Below, one piece after another: positions 36,673 through 47,842 of a DNA stretch of 64,000 bases. Source of the stretch: Oikopleura dioica (Eukaryota; Animalia; Chordata); the NCBI GenBank assembly GCA_907165135.1, contig OU015567.1:1674001-1738000 (forward strand), read 5' to 3'. Under the pieces are notes generated by a model that was given only the letters and a program-made list of their open reading frames with translations, was not told the origin of the DNA and did no database searches. The first letter of the stretch is position 1, and every line of letters starts with the position of its first letter. A program made the position numbers and the translations under genes.

Positions 36673-38816
36673 ATGTGTGCTAAAATTTCGCAAGTAGCAA
36701 AGAAATCAGTCGGTGTTGCAGCCAAAAAACAAGGAATAAAGGCAAAGAAAAAGGGGCAAAAACCATGGAAACAAAATCAGTGTCAGCCCAAAAAATTTTG
36801 CACTGCGTTTAATTATGCAACGATGAGATTGGAAGACTCTTTTATCCCCCAGGAAACGCCGGTGAAAAAGAACGATCTATCGACGAAGAACTTTGTTTTT
36901 GATGTTGCCAAAAATAAATTCCTGGAAAAGAATGAAAAACCACACACGAAAACATCGTTAATAACAGTATCAATGGTGAATGGAGAAACCGTCCAAACCT
37001 TCGAGAATCTTCTTCACATTTCTAAAGGTCACCGAAAAAATCTTTGGAAGAGATTTAACAATAAGGAGTACACTGTTGAGGGAGAGTACTTCGTCTTCAA
37101 GAAAACGGATGTCCTCTCGAAATTGAAAATCAAGGGCATAGCTAGGGACTATCACGGGAGCGCGAGGGCCCAATTTTCGCTTCCCCAACTACCCGAAATA
37201 GCCATCCATTTTTCTTGATTTTTCAGACAACATATGTTTTCTTACCTGCTGATTCCAAATATGATAGAAAAATTCGCAAAAAAACAATATATATTATGAA
37301 AAACATCGAATTTATCTTTCAAAGATCGAAAATGTATAGAGCCCGTCTTGCCCCGTCATTCTTTTTTCGATATGTTCTCTATCAGAGACTTCTCCTGAAT
37401 GTCTGAAAAAATCTTTTTACGCGGGTTTACGCGTCGCTTGTAATCATCAGATAACTGAGTGAAAGTGAAGGCGCGCTAGTGCTTTACACGCTGCGCGCGG
37501 AGCCCAAAAAGCATTAGCGCGCGCCATAATCTCAGTGGGTGCTTGCTTTGACCCAGTTCACGGAATCTGATGCAAACAATCCCGGGTGATTAACACAAAA
37601 AAGTTACCGGAAGTCCTAAGCTTCATGTTTGCAAATAAATTTTCGAAAAATAATAAGCAAGTGACCCAGAAAACTCGGGTGAAAAATCGGTCAGCTTTAA
37701 GTGTAGTCTTAAGTTTGTCTTCCGCAGCATTTTTCGATCAAAAAGATTTTGGTATCATCAGAATCAGCTGAAAAATCCATACTTATGAGTAAATTTTTAC
37801 GAAAATCGAAGGGCAATCGTTTTCCCGTGAAAGTCCCTAGGCATAGCTTTCGGCAAATCGGCAACCAATCTTTGCAGTAAAAATTCATGGGTTCGAGAAG
37901 ACTGGGGTTACCCGAAAGACAGAGCGGTGTCATCGAAAAATACCCAACCTGATCAACAGGTAAACGAACAGAGAAAATAAGGTCTAAGAGTCATCTCTAT
38001 TTTTAGAAGAAGAATTCTTCCAGTAAGAACGTTTCAAGCGATACCCCTAACAACGTCGTTTTCCATGGGGCCAGCGAATACGAAGATCCAAAACCTACAA
38101 GAGTCATCTATTCAGCATTTTCCAAAGAAGCAATTTCTTTCTACTCACTCCCGGTCCTCGACTTTTTCCGATTATACAGAAACAAATGCTATTATGAAGA
38201 GGAATCGCTGCTCATTTTTCCTCCCAAAGAAGGGGACTCTCGCAAAAGAGGTTTCAGAAAAGAGGCTTTCTTAAGACTTCAAATTCCTTCTGGTTCTCTT
38301 CGTAAAGAAAGCCCTGATCTTCTGCCTGAGATGCTTTTGTTTGAAAGAGCTATTCCTTTCACGCCTGAAATATGCTCTTCATGAATGGATATAAATGAAA
38401 AATATTGATTTCTTCTATGATTCGTAAATTACGATTATTAAATATTCCTAAATATCTCGCAAAAGTACCGAAGAGATGCGACCCCGAAAGCATTCAAAAC
38501 TACATCGAGGAGAAAGTCGAATCCACCGTAAAAAGAATTAAACTTATCATGGGAAACCCAAACGCTGACACAAGCGAATCAAATGCAGTCGAGAATCTCG
38601 CCAAAGAGCTGTTAAATATAACGAAAAAATTGGAATTGATGCAGAAGCGACTTGAAAGCGGAACTCTTCATTTTCTTGGGCATGAACCTTGGAGATTCAT
38701 CCCTAAAGCAAATAAAATCATGGCGATTCGAGCTGCTCTTCAGTCAAAAGTAAGATTCTATATGCCAAGTATCGAAGCGTTTAAATATTTATTCTTAGAA
38801 AACGACGATCTTCTAA
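36673..38816 (+). CDS. Orphan basic protein, paralog A (H3-tail-like N-terminus)
   Basis: MCAKISQVAKKSVG...; shares NGETVQ, TVEGEY, KELFLSRLK and LMQKRL..G.LHFLGHEPWR....KIMAIRAALQS with paralog B. Confidence 0.7.
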
Positions 38817-38988
38817 GCTGCTGAGTACATCTTCACATTTGGTATGGCAATGTGCTTTACCTTATTTATTTATCTTCACCTTTCTTTTATCTTCACACTG
38901 CTTCAAAAGATACAACGATTGTATTGAGCACACAAAAAATTAAAAAACCTGACGATGCATCTTTTCGTTACCATTTTCTTTCTTCAGC

Positions 38989-40213
38989 ATGTGCGCTAAA
39001 TCCTCACAAGTAGCAAGAAAATCAGTCGGTTCCTCAGTCTCAAAAGCAGCCAAAGAGGCAGTTTCGAAGAAAAAGAAGAAGTCGAAGAAATCAAAGAAAC
39101 GGACTCTCGACCTGATCATCGACGAAGAAGTGCCGCCTATTAAAGTCCCAAAAATTGACGCAGATGACTTCGATCTTGTCGATTCCTATCAAGAGGTACA
39201 ACTTCTATCGTAGAATGTAGAGAAATCTTGTCTTTTAGACCGTCGAAAATGGAGAGACCGTTCAGATATTCGATAGTTTTCTTCAGTTTTCCAAGTCTCA
39301 TCGAAAAAAGCTGCGAAAAAAAGTTGGCGAGGGGAAGTTCACTGTTGAGGGCGAGTACTACGTCTTCGAGAAATCGCCTGGCTATCCGAAATCAAAAGTA
39401 AAAGCGGAACTTTTCAACGGCATGGGGCCATCTTGGAAGGACATGCCGAAACCTGCATGGAAAATCGCTCAAGAAGTTTGCTTCTCATTATTAAAATACT
39501 CTGACAGTTCAGTTTAGCAGAAAGAAGTAGACTGTAAACCAGGAAAAAACGACAAAATAAAGCTCCGTGACGTAGAAGCTTATGAAGATCCAAAACCGAA
39601 AGAATTCAAATTATTCTCCAACGAAGAAATTCTTCTCTATACTGATCCTCCTCTCGACTTCTTCAAGCTCTTCGAAAATGGCGACTTTTACGAGAGCGCA
39701 AAGCTGCTCGTTTTCCCTTCAGAAGAAGATGGGTCACTCAAAAGAGGCATCTCAGCAAAAAATTATCGAAAGCATTCCACTTTGCTTGCAGATTGCCCCG
39801 ATATTCCACCAGAGATGTTTTTCTATGAAAGAACTGTTCCTTTCACGCCTGAAAAATGCTCTTTATGATCGGGATAATTTTTAGAAGAATATTAAAAAGC
39901 CAAATCTGTGTCACAAATATCCTCAAAAGTGCCGAAAAACTACGATCCCGAAAAACTTCAAGAGAGCCTTGAACTTGTGGTTACTTCCACTACAGCTGGT
40001 ATCAAAACTGTGATGGCAAGGCCTGATGATCATCCAAAAGGGAAAGACGGGCTCGAAAGTCTCACAAATACTCTTCTCAAGGTGAACAAGAAGCTGGATC
40101 TGATGCAGAAACGACTTGATAACGGATCTCTTCACTTTCTTGGGCACGAGCCTTGGCGAATCCTCGATAAATCAACAAAAATCATGGCGATCCGAGCTGC
40201 TCTTCAATCATAG
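38989..40213 (+). CDS. Orphan basic protein, paralog B (H3-tail-like N-terminus)
   Basis: [14 protein letters not shown]..., a poly-Lys NLS-like tract, and the same conserved blocks as paralog A. Confidence 0.75.
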
Positions 40214-41045
40214 ATTCCAATGTAAGGATTTTTCATTGAAAGAAAGCCTATTTGATGTTCAATATTTCAGGCTAAAATGATCCTAAAGCGTCGAAAAACA
40301 ATTATTTTGCTATCAAAGCTGACCCAAACCTCATTTATTTAAATTCGTTCATCTGTAAAGCTCTATATATAACTTATAAATAAAAGACGAACTGGCTAAA
40401 ATTAAAATCGTCAAGTCTTCAACCATAAATAGGCAATAATGTATTTCAAACAGGATTTCTTTCAATATACAGGTTTCAGTGTTTGAGAATTGGAACAAGA
40501 ATTTTTATAGAAGAAACGGTAAACAGTTCAGTTGAATTAAATAAAAATATCATCCCAAGAATAAAATTATTTAAATAAGAATGAACTTGCGGAACAGACG
40601 TTTGTTTATAAATAATGATATTATTGCCTAAAATCTTCAGGCTTTTTCAAAAAGAAAAAAAAATGGGTTCTAAGATTGTTTGTGTGGGAAGTCCTTTTTT
40701 GGGGAGTCGGGGAAGGATGTAGTTGGGAAGGGAAAAGAAAAATTACACCTTGAGCAGAGGAATTATTATTTTTTTTCTGTCGTTTTCGAATCGATGTAAA
40801 AGTGCATCTTTTACGTCTGTCGTTTTTTTTTTCAAGAACAAAGGGAAATTTCGCCTATGCATTGACAAAGCGATCACGCGGATTGCTTTGCGATCGATGT
40901 CTTCTTTTCACGAAGCCACGTGACAGTGATCGCAGCATGATTGCTGATGCTGAATTGACTCGTCTACGGCCGTTGGGGCGAGCTAGGGCGATGATTTCCA
41001 TGAATAGCTTTAGCTAAAAGGGTTGTTAAAAACTGGTTGATTCTA

Positions 41046-41140
41046 TGGTGCTAGGCAACCTGTGTAGAAAATCTGAGTTTCGGTCTGGGAAAGAAAGCCT
41101 TTCTGACCTTGAGGTTTTCTACACAAATTGCCGAGCCCAG
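41046..41140. mobile_element. Palindromic MITE family, degenerate copy
   Basis: GCTAGGCAACCTGTGTAGAAAATCTGAG ... GAGGTTTTCTACACAAATTGCCGAGCCCAG. Confidence 0.7.
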
Positions 41141-41219
41141 GACTCTTACCATAGCACCGTTTCGACGTTTATCGGGCGTTGGAGGTATAAATTCATCATC
41201 CATCGGGTTCACTTTCGAG

Positions 41220-43880
41220 TTATAAGCAATAACATGATATGGCGTAAGAGCTTCCTCCGGCAGGTTCTCCTGGTTCAACGAGTTGGGATGATAGCTCGTG
41301 ATTTCTTCGTCTACTCGGCTGATTTCTTCCGAACTACAAAATTAAAATGACGATTTGGTCGTTTATTTTGATAGATGTGGATAATGAAGGTTGTTAAAAC
41401 TGGGTGAACTTGAATAGGTGGCGAAAATTGGACATTGAAAGGCGTTACGCAATGTTGGATTGAACGGCCTTTTCAGCGGTTATTTCAGACGGGGAGACTT
41501 TCCGCTTTTCAAGTTTATGAAAGCGTTTTGTTTGGCAACAAAGAGTTTATGTCCTCTTCATAAATTCCTACAGTAAATCTGCTAAATTGACAAGGTCCCG
41601 TAGAAGCAAGAGCTGAAGATTGATTTATAGTCTTATAAAAATTCCTCTTGACAGACAAGGTTCAATATTCCAAATTTACCAGTGCCAGAATGCAGTATTT
41701 TCAACCTCAAAAATAATCCACTGCTCCTCGAGCACTGATTGAGCGTCATAACTCGCGCTAAAGCACGCGGTCCCCGTCTGTGGCTTACAGTAAGAGGGAC
41801 AGTAACTCGATGGCTGTGCTCATTAGCTGCTTGCGTTACAATCATACAATAAACTTGTCTGATTTCCAAAAGGGGAGGGGATGACATCCTTCAAAATCAG
41901 GCGGGGGGATTTGCGGGGCTAGTGCTAAGTTTGGGCGAGTCTAGGCTGGAATTGGACTTTCCTTAAACGAACAAGCTCATCTTTTCATGACTATCATATC
42001 CTCCTCTGTACCCTCCGTAATATACCAGTAATATACCAGGTAGTTGGTACGCATCGATAATCAGTTTAGAATCAAGATTCGTTCTTTGTCCTGATAGCCT
42101 GAGGCTTGGAACTGGCCCGGACAGACAAAGAACCGAACACGAAAACAGGTTTAAAACTGACGTAAAATTACGAGAAAGAGTAATTCCAACCCTCGGGCCA
42201 AGAACAGATTCATCATCATTTCGATACAAGATTACCGCGTTTCTGCGCAACCGGTCGATTTCAATGAGCCACTTACCTTAATAAGTCGTATTTTGTGAGA
42301 GCTGTGAGAATAGGAACTGAGCGGACGGAAGGAATCTTCGAGTTTTTTCTGGCGTTTTGGATGATGTCGAAAAGTTCAAGATTTGGCTTTTCTTTCGCCG
42401 AAGCGACGTATAAAATTAGATCAATTTGTAGGTCTCGATTTGAATCGCGAATTCGTTTTATTTCTTCGCGTTCCATTAAAAGAGCTGAAAGGGTTTTCGA
42501 GATAAAGAATCCTTTTTAAGACTTCAAAAGGATCGAAAACCAGCCTTGAGTGAAGAGTCTGAAATTAAGTCTTCCTTCGAGAATATATCTCAATATCAGC
42601 GCGGCTTTTTCTTTATCTGCAATTTTTTCGAAACCACGAGTGTCCCAAAATGTAACACGACCACAAGAAACATGCTGGGGCCGTTTCCAGTGGGGATCGT
42701 AATGTCTGAAAGATATTTATGCTAAAGGGAAGACAGCAGAAAGAACTGACTTGTGTTCTGTCGTATTCTGGTGATGGTGGTTGGGATTTTCGTAGATGAG
42801 GACGGGAGATAGTTGGTGTGCGCTTCCGTGCCCGTATTTTGCTCTAGAAAAGAGGTTGAAGGTCGATTTTTTGAGGATTTTTCAAACCTGTCTGTCCACT
42901 TGCCCCTGACGCTCATCAGGAGCGAATTGATTACCGTCGTTTTTCCGGAATCGTGCGGGCCAATGACGATTACATTGAGCGGCTCGCACAGGTCACACAA
43001 GGCACTAAAATTGTTATGCTGGTGGTGGAAGGTGCAGCTGGTTTTTATGTCCACAGCTGCAAACACCTTTTGATGGTGTGGTTGTAGCGATCTAGGCAAG
43101 TTTTCTCGGCTTGAATCGAATCACGGTGTTGGAGACCCGCGAGGAATCCGGGAGGCTGGCTGAAAATACCAAATTATTTTCTTTTCTACGTCAATAATAT
43201 TTAAATTCGGAAGTTGATTTTTCCATTTCCGCATTAACGAGCCGATCCCCTAAGACCCTTTGAATTCAAAGTTTGAATTCATATAAGATTACATGATTGA
43301 CCTTTTATAGAAGGCAGAAATAGATTGTAGTTGCATAACACGGCTAAGGATTTACAGTCAATTATTCACTACATACACCGGCATCGGTTGATTTATTAAT
43401 TCAGGGTCGAATTCGTCCGAGACTGGCCTTATTTTGAATATCGATCTACCGGCATACTCAAAAACAAGTCCCAATAATAACAGATAGGCTATCTTTATAT
43501 ACAATCAGATGGGATGTCTTTTTAGACTCTAAAATAAAAGCATCAGTCTGTTGTTATTCTTATTTTCAAGTGATTGTTTTCCTCGAGCGATGACGTCTGG
43601 GGTCTCAAGTCTTTCCTACTAATGATTTTTTCTTGGCAACGGAAAAGACAATGCTCTCAACTCTTTTAACCTTTCTTCTCAAGAGCTTTCAATTCTTTTT
43701 AATACAGTCATTCGGGGAAAAAAGATGACCCTGGTTAGTAAAAATGCTTAGGGGTCAAGAAACTTAAAGTTCTTTGTAAAAATACCTTGTTTCTTCGGCG
43801 AAAACTTCCTCTGGAATTTCGTCAAAGCCAGATTCCTCGTCGGCGTCGTAGATCATTTTGTGTGAGGCGTTTCTCTTCAT
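41220..43880 (-). CDS. P-loop GTPase-like protein, IFI44/IFI44L-like
   Basis: NVIVIGPHDSGKTTVINSL (G1), VTFWDTRG (G3), IDLILYV and PILTALTKYD (G4). Ends are approximate. Confidence 0.6.
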
Positions 43881-45177
43881 TTCGTGAAACTCCTTGAAAG
43901 TAACGTTTTACTTTGATAAGTTTCCTTTCTACAAAGAAAAAGGGAAAGCAATCAAGTTTAAAAATAATTTGAGACAATTGCCGTAAACTTAATTGTCTCT
44001 TTCGCTCAGAATTTATGATCTTCTGGCGGTTTCATTTAGTGGCATTTTTGGATTAAAACTTGCTTTGAAACAGGAATTCTATTTTGAAAATAACCTGATA
44101 TTTCATTACTGCTTTCAAATTTTCCAGCCAATTCTCTTTCAAACTCATTTTTCAAAATCAAAAATACACTCAAAAACGGTCAGTAGTTACAGTTAGACTA
44201 AGTCAAACTTTTGCGGTTACTACGAGTTGGATTGCTCATGTTTTCATTGTGATGGCCTTGTGTATCTTTTCTCACCAGTGGCGTAGAATGCGTGCTTTTC
44301 GTTGTAGTGTCTCTATTTCTTTTTGAAAAAGTGAACTTTGCTCTGCTGCTGGTTGCGCAAAAATCACCTCTAGCGTTTCACTTGAGTTGAATCTACTGGC
44401 TCTGCGCTGCACAATCGATCGAACAAAAACACCCTACCCTAGGCGGGGATACCCTTAGTATGCGCGCCTACGACGCAGAAACACGTCTATTCTAGCACTT
44501 TTCAAAATTAGTCAGCCTCGAAGTTCGTTATATAACAAATGTATAATATATTTTTTCATCCTCAGAGCGGAAGAAAAGGGTTGAAAAGATAGTACGAAAA
44601 ATATTATAGAAAAATAGTTTTCAATCAAAATAATAATCCTGACTCAGGCTTTTGAAACAGGCTGCCGAGCCCAGGATCAGATCATTATTTGATCATTTTT
44701 TCCTCTTTTATCTAAGGTTAATATTATTTACCTTTGTTCATATAAAATCAGTAGAGATAAAAAGTATATCTTCAGTTCGTCTCAGAACGATGCTTTTTTG
44801 GGTAGGTCAGTAATAAATAAATTGAGCAGTGGAGAGTGTCACGCCTATCTTTTCAAGTCAGAGCGAGTGAGCGCCAGAATAGCTTTGGCTAGAGCACACG
44901 TGATCTGGCAGGCTTTTGTTCGCCCAAAGTAATATCCACAGCTGACCTAGGATGCGGGTTTGCTTTTATGTAACAACTCTTAAAATTTTCCACGGAAGAG
45001 TTTTTCATCTAAAATAGCAGGAACGTTACGACAGTCTTCGGCAGCGAAAATTTATTTCAGACAGTTAGATGGTTAGGTAAGAGGCAGGGCCAAAATTTCC
45101 TCCGAATTTGTCGACGAATTGTTGCCTGTAGAAATTCTGAGTTTTCGAGATGAACAATTTTGGTCCAAAGAAATAAG

Positions 45178-45327
45178 TTAGTTCAAGCCCGAGTCCTGCA
45201 ATTTCCTTATATTCTCGTTGAACTCATCCCTCTTATCAAACAAAAGGTCGTCATCATATTGAACTTCAGCCCAGGAAAAAACAGGTCCGAAAAAGAGCAA
45301 TGATCTTGCGATAAGTTGAAGCTTCAT
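45178..45327 (-). CDS. Candidate small secreted peptide precursor
   Basis: MKLQLIARSLLFFGPVFSWAEVQYDDDLLFDKRDEFNENIRKLQDSGLN*: signal peptide, acidic segment and KR site. TATAA lies about 60 nt upstream. Confidence 0.4.
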   Translation of the reverse strand: MKLQLIARSLLFFGPVFSWAEVQYDDDLLFDKRDEFNENIRKLQDSGLN

Positions 45328-45513
45328 AGTTTTAAGAAAAAATGAAAATGCGTTGCTTTTGAAGTTCAGATCACACTCTTGTCTTCCTTATATTGCGGAT
45401 TCAGGATGATAGAGTGTCAATACTGCAATGCATTATAGAAAGATATGACGCCAGTAATGAAAATCATCAAGTCTATTTATTAATAACTGAAGGTCTCCGA
45501 AAAAAGCATCATT

Positions 45514-46720
45514 TCAAAAATCCACAAAGATTGAAAATTGCCGTTTCCATCTCGAACTGACTCTTTCATTGCATCCACCGATTTTGGTCTCAAATATCTC
45601 AAGAAGAAACTTTTTGAAATCTTCTTCATTGCTGTTTTTCGCAAGGCAAGGCAAATTCTGACCAGGAGAGCATTTTTCTTCGATTTCTCGCGGGATTTTC
45701 GAGAAAAATGGCGATACTTTTATCTTCCGCAATAATTTTGCCGCATTTTCTTTGCATAAAAAATTCGAGCTTTGAAGAGAATCGTGTATGTCATCTGAAA
45801 ATAAAGAAGGAAATGATTGGGAAAGGGTTACCGATTGAGCAAGTCTTCGTTGATTTCAACTTGACGCTTGGTATTTCTGATGCTGGTCTCCATCTGATTC
45901 TGATTTCTCCCATGTTTTCATCGAAGCTGACGATTTCTAGCTTGAGTTTCTTGCTTTTCAGAAGTCGATAAATAGGGGTAGATTTTTAAGTGCATAATTT
46001 ATGTCGCATAAAGAGATGCATATCTGGGAAGAACCCAGTTTTGATATTGATCGGAAACAGATGACATTGAAAAATTGATTTAAATAAAACCGGAAGATCT
46101 TCTTTACGAATATCTTAAAAATTAGTCTTCTAAAATGCCAATCAATTCGTTTGAAGAACCGTGATATAAAGCAAAAGGTACCATTTTTACTGCATACCAT
46201 AATAAAGAACCGATGGAAAGTCGCCCTTACTTTTAGTTCCTTTTTACTCCTCATTCACTTTTATATCGACCATTTCTTGGAAGATCAGTCCAGTAGTGAA
46301 TCCAGTTCGAAATATGATGTCTTCTCCCGCACAACTTGCCCGTCTTCCTCCCTTCAAAACTCAGGCTTGCATAGCTCGAGCAGTCTCTCTTCGGCAAACC
46401 AATGTTGAACCTCGTTATTCTGAACATTACCGGCACCGTCGCCTCAATAAAGTGCTCCTCGATCTTTTTCTCGTCAAAGGAAACGGTTAAAACGCCATCG
46501 TTGGATTTGTGGATGATCTCTTTCTTGATGAACTCAACGTTCATTTTATCCTCGATTTTCGTGAACGAAGCTGAAGGAAGAAATCTCGATGGTCTTTTGC
46601 AATTTATTGAAATGAAGAAATTGAAAAATAAAAGTGCGTTTTTCATGATTTGTTTCTTTACGGTCTGAGTAGCAAAACGTGATCTTTGGGGAGCATTTTG
46701 CAGACCCTGTCAGCTCGATG
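45514..46720 (-). CDS. Uncharacterised multi-exon gene, possibly CUB-like (RDCSS...KLCG)
   Basis: Successive open frames with short introns; no firm family match. Confidence 0.3.
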
Positions 46721-46807
46721 CATATTTTTGATATTTGAGCGCTACAAAGATACTGCAAATTTCCACTAAATCTACAAAAGACTCCAATAACTGCTCTTCA
46801 TGAAAAT

Positions 46808-46904
46808 CTCGGCTCGGCAACCTGTGTATAAATCCTGAGTGAGGGCTGACAAAGCCTGAATGAAAAGCTGTCTCTAGGCCTTCTAGACAGGTTGCCGATC
46901 ACAG
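46808..46904. mobile_element. Palindromic MITE family copy
   Basis: CTCGGCTCGGCAACCTGTGTATAAATCCTGAGTGAGG ... CTAGACAGGTTGCCGATCACAG. Confidence 0.7.
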
Positions 46905-47224
46905 CCCAAAAACTGCTTATTTGACTCAATTCAAAATTGACCAAAACTCAATTATTCCTTCAGGCTGAAGTTTGAAGTAATTTTAAATGAAAATAAATTT
47001 TGCATAAAAATTTCGATTTTCCGCATCCGGTATTCTGCCCCCTCCTCGAATAACTCATTCTCTACGCTCGCGGTTTACGCGAACCGCTCTGATCTCAAAT
47101 GGTAAATGATCTAAGAAGCTCTTTTTCTGAATTCATCTCACGGGATTCACGAAAGTTTTCTGCTCTCATGCGAAGCTTTAATTGAATCAGGACTTTTTAA
47201 ATGGGATCGAAATCTGGCATCATC

Positions 47225-47318
47225 AAAAGCCTGAGTCAGGATTTGGAAGAGCTTTCGATCCTTCTGAATACGCTTCCAAATCCTGACTCAGGCTTTCTAC
47301 ACAGGTTGACGGGCCGAG
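47225..47318. mobile_element. Palindromic MITE family copy (left end eroded)
   Basis: AAAGCCTGAGTCAGGATTTGGAAG ... CTTCCAAATCCTGACTCAGGCTTTCTACACAGGTTGACGGGCCGAG. Confidence 0.75.
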
Positions 47319-47416
47319 ACTTTACAACAAGAATTATAACAATAATTATGCTTTCAGAATAGTTCCCCCCAAAAAGGAGCTGTTCTGCAAAGAGTTCTTA
47401 TTGAACCTCTATCTTA

Positions 47417-47499
47417 CAGTCATAAAATCGAGAGTCCGCTCGCGTAAAACTGCAAATTTTACGTTCTTACACTGGAGGCCCTTATCGATTTTATGACTG
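47417..47499. mobile_element. 83-bp Tc1/mariner-type MITE
   Basis: TA|CAGTCATAAAATCGA ... TCGATTTTATGACTG|TA: perfect 15-bp TIR, with symmetry extending to TATCTTA/TAAGATA. Confidence 0.7.
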
Positions 47500-47842
47500 T
47501 AAGATAAATTATTCAAAAAAAAAAAACTAGCAGAACAGTTCCATTCGTGGGAGAATTATTCTGAATGAATTCTTCGTGCCCGAGAAAACCGAGACTTTCC
47601 CCGAATTTCCGGAAAAAAGTCTGCTTCTTTATCCGAAAATTCTTCTGCACAGAGCAAATTCCGCTTGCGCCTCCGCCGCCTACGGATTTTCCCGCGCCCG
47701 ATTCACGACGCGATTTTTTTCTTTCGGCTCGGAAAAAGAAAATACAGTCAAAAATAAAAACGATTCTAGAGAAGGGGAATTTTGCGAAAAGAGCCTTGGA
47801 TGAAGCGGACAAGAAAATGAAAACGAAAAGAAAAGAGAAAAA

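Noticed and set aside
37420-37955. hAT-like element in the long intron of orphan A (ACCCG/CGGGT motifs, GCGCGCTA hairpin)
   Set aside because: It is probably transposon-derived, but I found no convincing TIR pair or TSD.
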